Shown here in pieces: positions 62,161-64,000 of a stretch of DNA of 64,000 bases (position 1 is its first letter; each line of letters begins with the position of its first letter). The notes beneath the pieces are model-generated. The model saw only the letters and a list, made by a program, of their open reading frames with translations. It was not told where the DNA came from and did no database searches. This stretch comes from Vicugna vicugna (lineage: Eukaryota), in NCBI GenBank assembly GCA_013265495.1, contig MU058584.1, forward strand, positions 5,152,508-5,216,507. The letters are read 5' to 3'. Both the position numbers and the translations under genes were made by a program.

Positions 62161-64000
62161 CCTATCACAGATAGGAGAGCATGGAGCAGAGATGGAAAAG
62201 ACAGAGGGCTCTGCCTAATAAAAGGGAAAAAAAGCCTCCCTCTCTGCTGTGAAATGCCCCACAATCTGGCCAGTGTTTATTCACCCTTCATGCTTCATTT
62301 CATCTCTTACTTTCTACACTTCCATTCAGCTCTTCTGTGTTAATAGGGTGGGGGTCTGAAAAATGGAGAAACAGGGTATATACAGAGAGAGGGGTACATG
62401 TAATGAACAGTGGAAAACCCCTCCATTATCTCAAACTTTCACTGAAGTTCACTATACGAACAAATGTCTCATGTGCGTGAAGTTTTCAGAGGCAAAAGGG
62501 GTTGTGTCTCACAGCTTGGCCAACGTGATGCCGGAGCATCAAATATGGAACAGCAAGATGCAGCCAGATGAGGAGAAATGGTAAGTATTCTCTGAACCTT
62601 CCCCCTACTCCCTCTTCCTCCTTCCCAAAACAATTATTTTGGAAGGACTGGGAGGGACTGAAGGCTATCATTGCTTATAAATTATGACTGCAACCAAACT
62701 CATTGAATCTTAGTGGACAGGATGACTCAGCTGACATGTGACCTACATGATTATTTATTTAGGTCTAGCTCTCTTAGACTTTGCATTCCTTGAAGGCAGA
62801 GATGTGGAGATGATTTATCTTGAATTCCCCATGTCTTGCTTGCTACAATGTATACACACGCCATGCTAAGTGCTGTTGGGGTTCAAGGAATGAGGGAAGG
62901 AGGGGAGAACTTCATGATTCTTGGAATAACTAAAGGACTGTGGATCCAAAGACCAATTCTCAAGCTCTAAAATACTGCTTTAGCATCTTCTATGATGAAA
63001 ACAGCTGTGAGAAAAGTTTCCCTAAGTTACTGATGACAAATCTTGATTTTTAAATATACTAACACGAAAAAGGAAAGTTTGGAGTTCTCCTTAGCTAGTC
63101 AAACTTGAAGGACATAGATTATGAATGATTATTAACTGGCCTAGAGTTAGAAGAAACCTGCTATGACAAAAAAATGTTAATATTAACAAACTAAACCCCA
63201 TACTGTCTACAATTATTCAGGTATTTACAGCAGTTTCCATGGGGAGATCATTCTCGTGATATTGGAGTAGTTTGGAAAATAGTAGTTTACATGCAAATTA
63301 CTTCACCATTGGTATGTGTGAGCAGGCAGAGGGAAATGCTGATATTGTACGTGGATCTATCCACAGAAAAGCCATTAGAGCTTTATTTTTTGTCATTATG
63401 CTCAGTTGATTAATCACATGACTCCAAAGGGATACCATATACTCAGGAGCATTGTAAAGTGTTCTAGACTTGAACATGGTCCCACACAACTCACTCAATC
63501 AGACAGCCTGTACTTTAAGCTCGAAGGGTTCAAGAAGGAGAACATGTCTTCCTTGTGTTGGATTGATGGAGGCAGCTGATGCCCAAAAATCCAAGACCCA
63601 ATTGCCACATGAAATTTGCATTAATAGCATGAAAAGTCTGTGGAGGCTGTAATGCCAGTGAACTGGCCAAAGGCAAGCACATTCTTATGAAGGTGTCCAA
63701 CTTACCCTCTTCAGAGTGGTCTCTGTAAAATCAACTTGAAAGAAGCAAGTTAGATACTTTCATTGTCAGTGAACGAAATTCATTCACATGAAAAAAAGAA
63801 AACTGAGTGGAATTGTAATTTTTTTTAATCTATCTACTATGACTCATCTACAGAACTCCACATTTCTTTGCAGCCTAGAAATTCAGGGTTTAATTCAGAA
63901 GACCTCTGTATCTGAGTTGCCTTTGCTAACCTGAATTACTCATTTTTCCTCCACTGCAATATATTCTTTACTTCATTCTATCCTGTTAGCCCCCGACTCT

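Noticed and set aside
1..64000. Naming the host gene or lncRNA, or calling a novel multi-gene system
   Set aside because: I could not match the exons or peptides to any gene I know. There is no operon-like, defence-system or viral coding content in this mammalian, repeat-dominated window.

Overview
Mammalian genomic DNA, most likely camelid (camel/alpaca/llama). The assignment rests on three tRNA-Ala(AGC)-derived Vic-1-type SINEs and camelid-style L1 3' ends; I saw no ruminant BovA/BovB or pig PRE SINEs. Much of the window is decayed interspersed repeats (L1, HAL1, L2, MIR, CR1/L3, MaLR/ERVL LTRs, MER53, MER58, MER82, Charlie4a). No ORF in the supplied track is a recognisable host gene; the recognisable ones are L1 ORF2 remnants. 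The main non-repeat landmark is a CpG island at about 49.9-50.6 kb with an NRF1 site and a strong minus-strand splice donor (CGG|GTAAGT at 50381/50380). From it a minus-strand spliced transcript can be traced through short candidate exons (44338-44390, 40522-40551, 29079-29169, possibly 7756-7816) that join into one uninterrupted reading frame. I do not recognise the product, so it is either an unannotated microprotein gene or a lncRNA/5' UTR. There are also hints of a divergent plus-strand transcript, two twin-primed (5'-inverted) L1 insertions and a three-layer nested L1 stack. Repeat family names come from my recall of consensus sequences and their boundaries are approximate; exon models are predictions from splice signals only.
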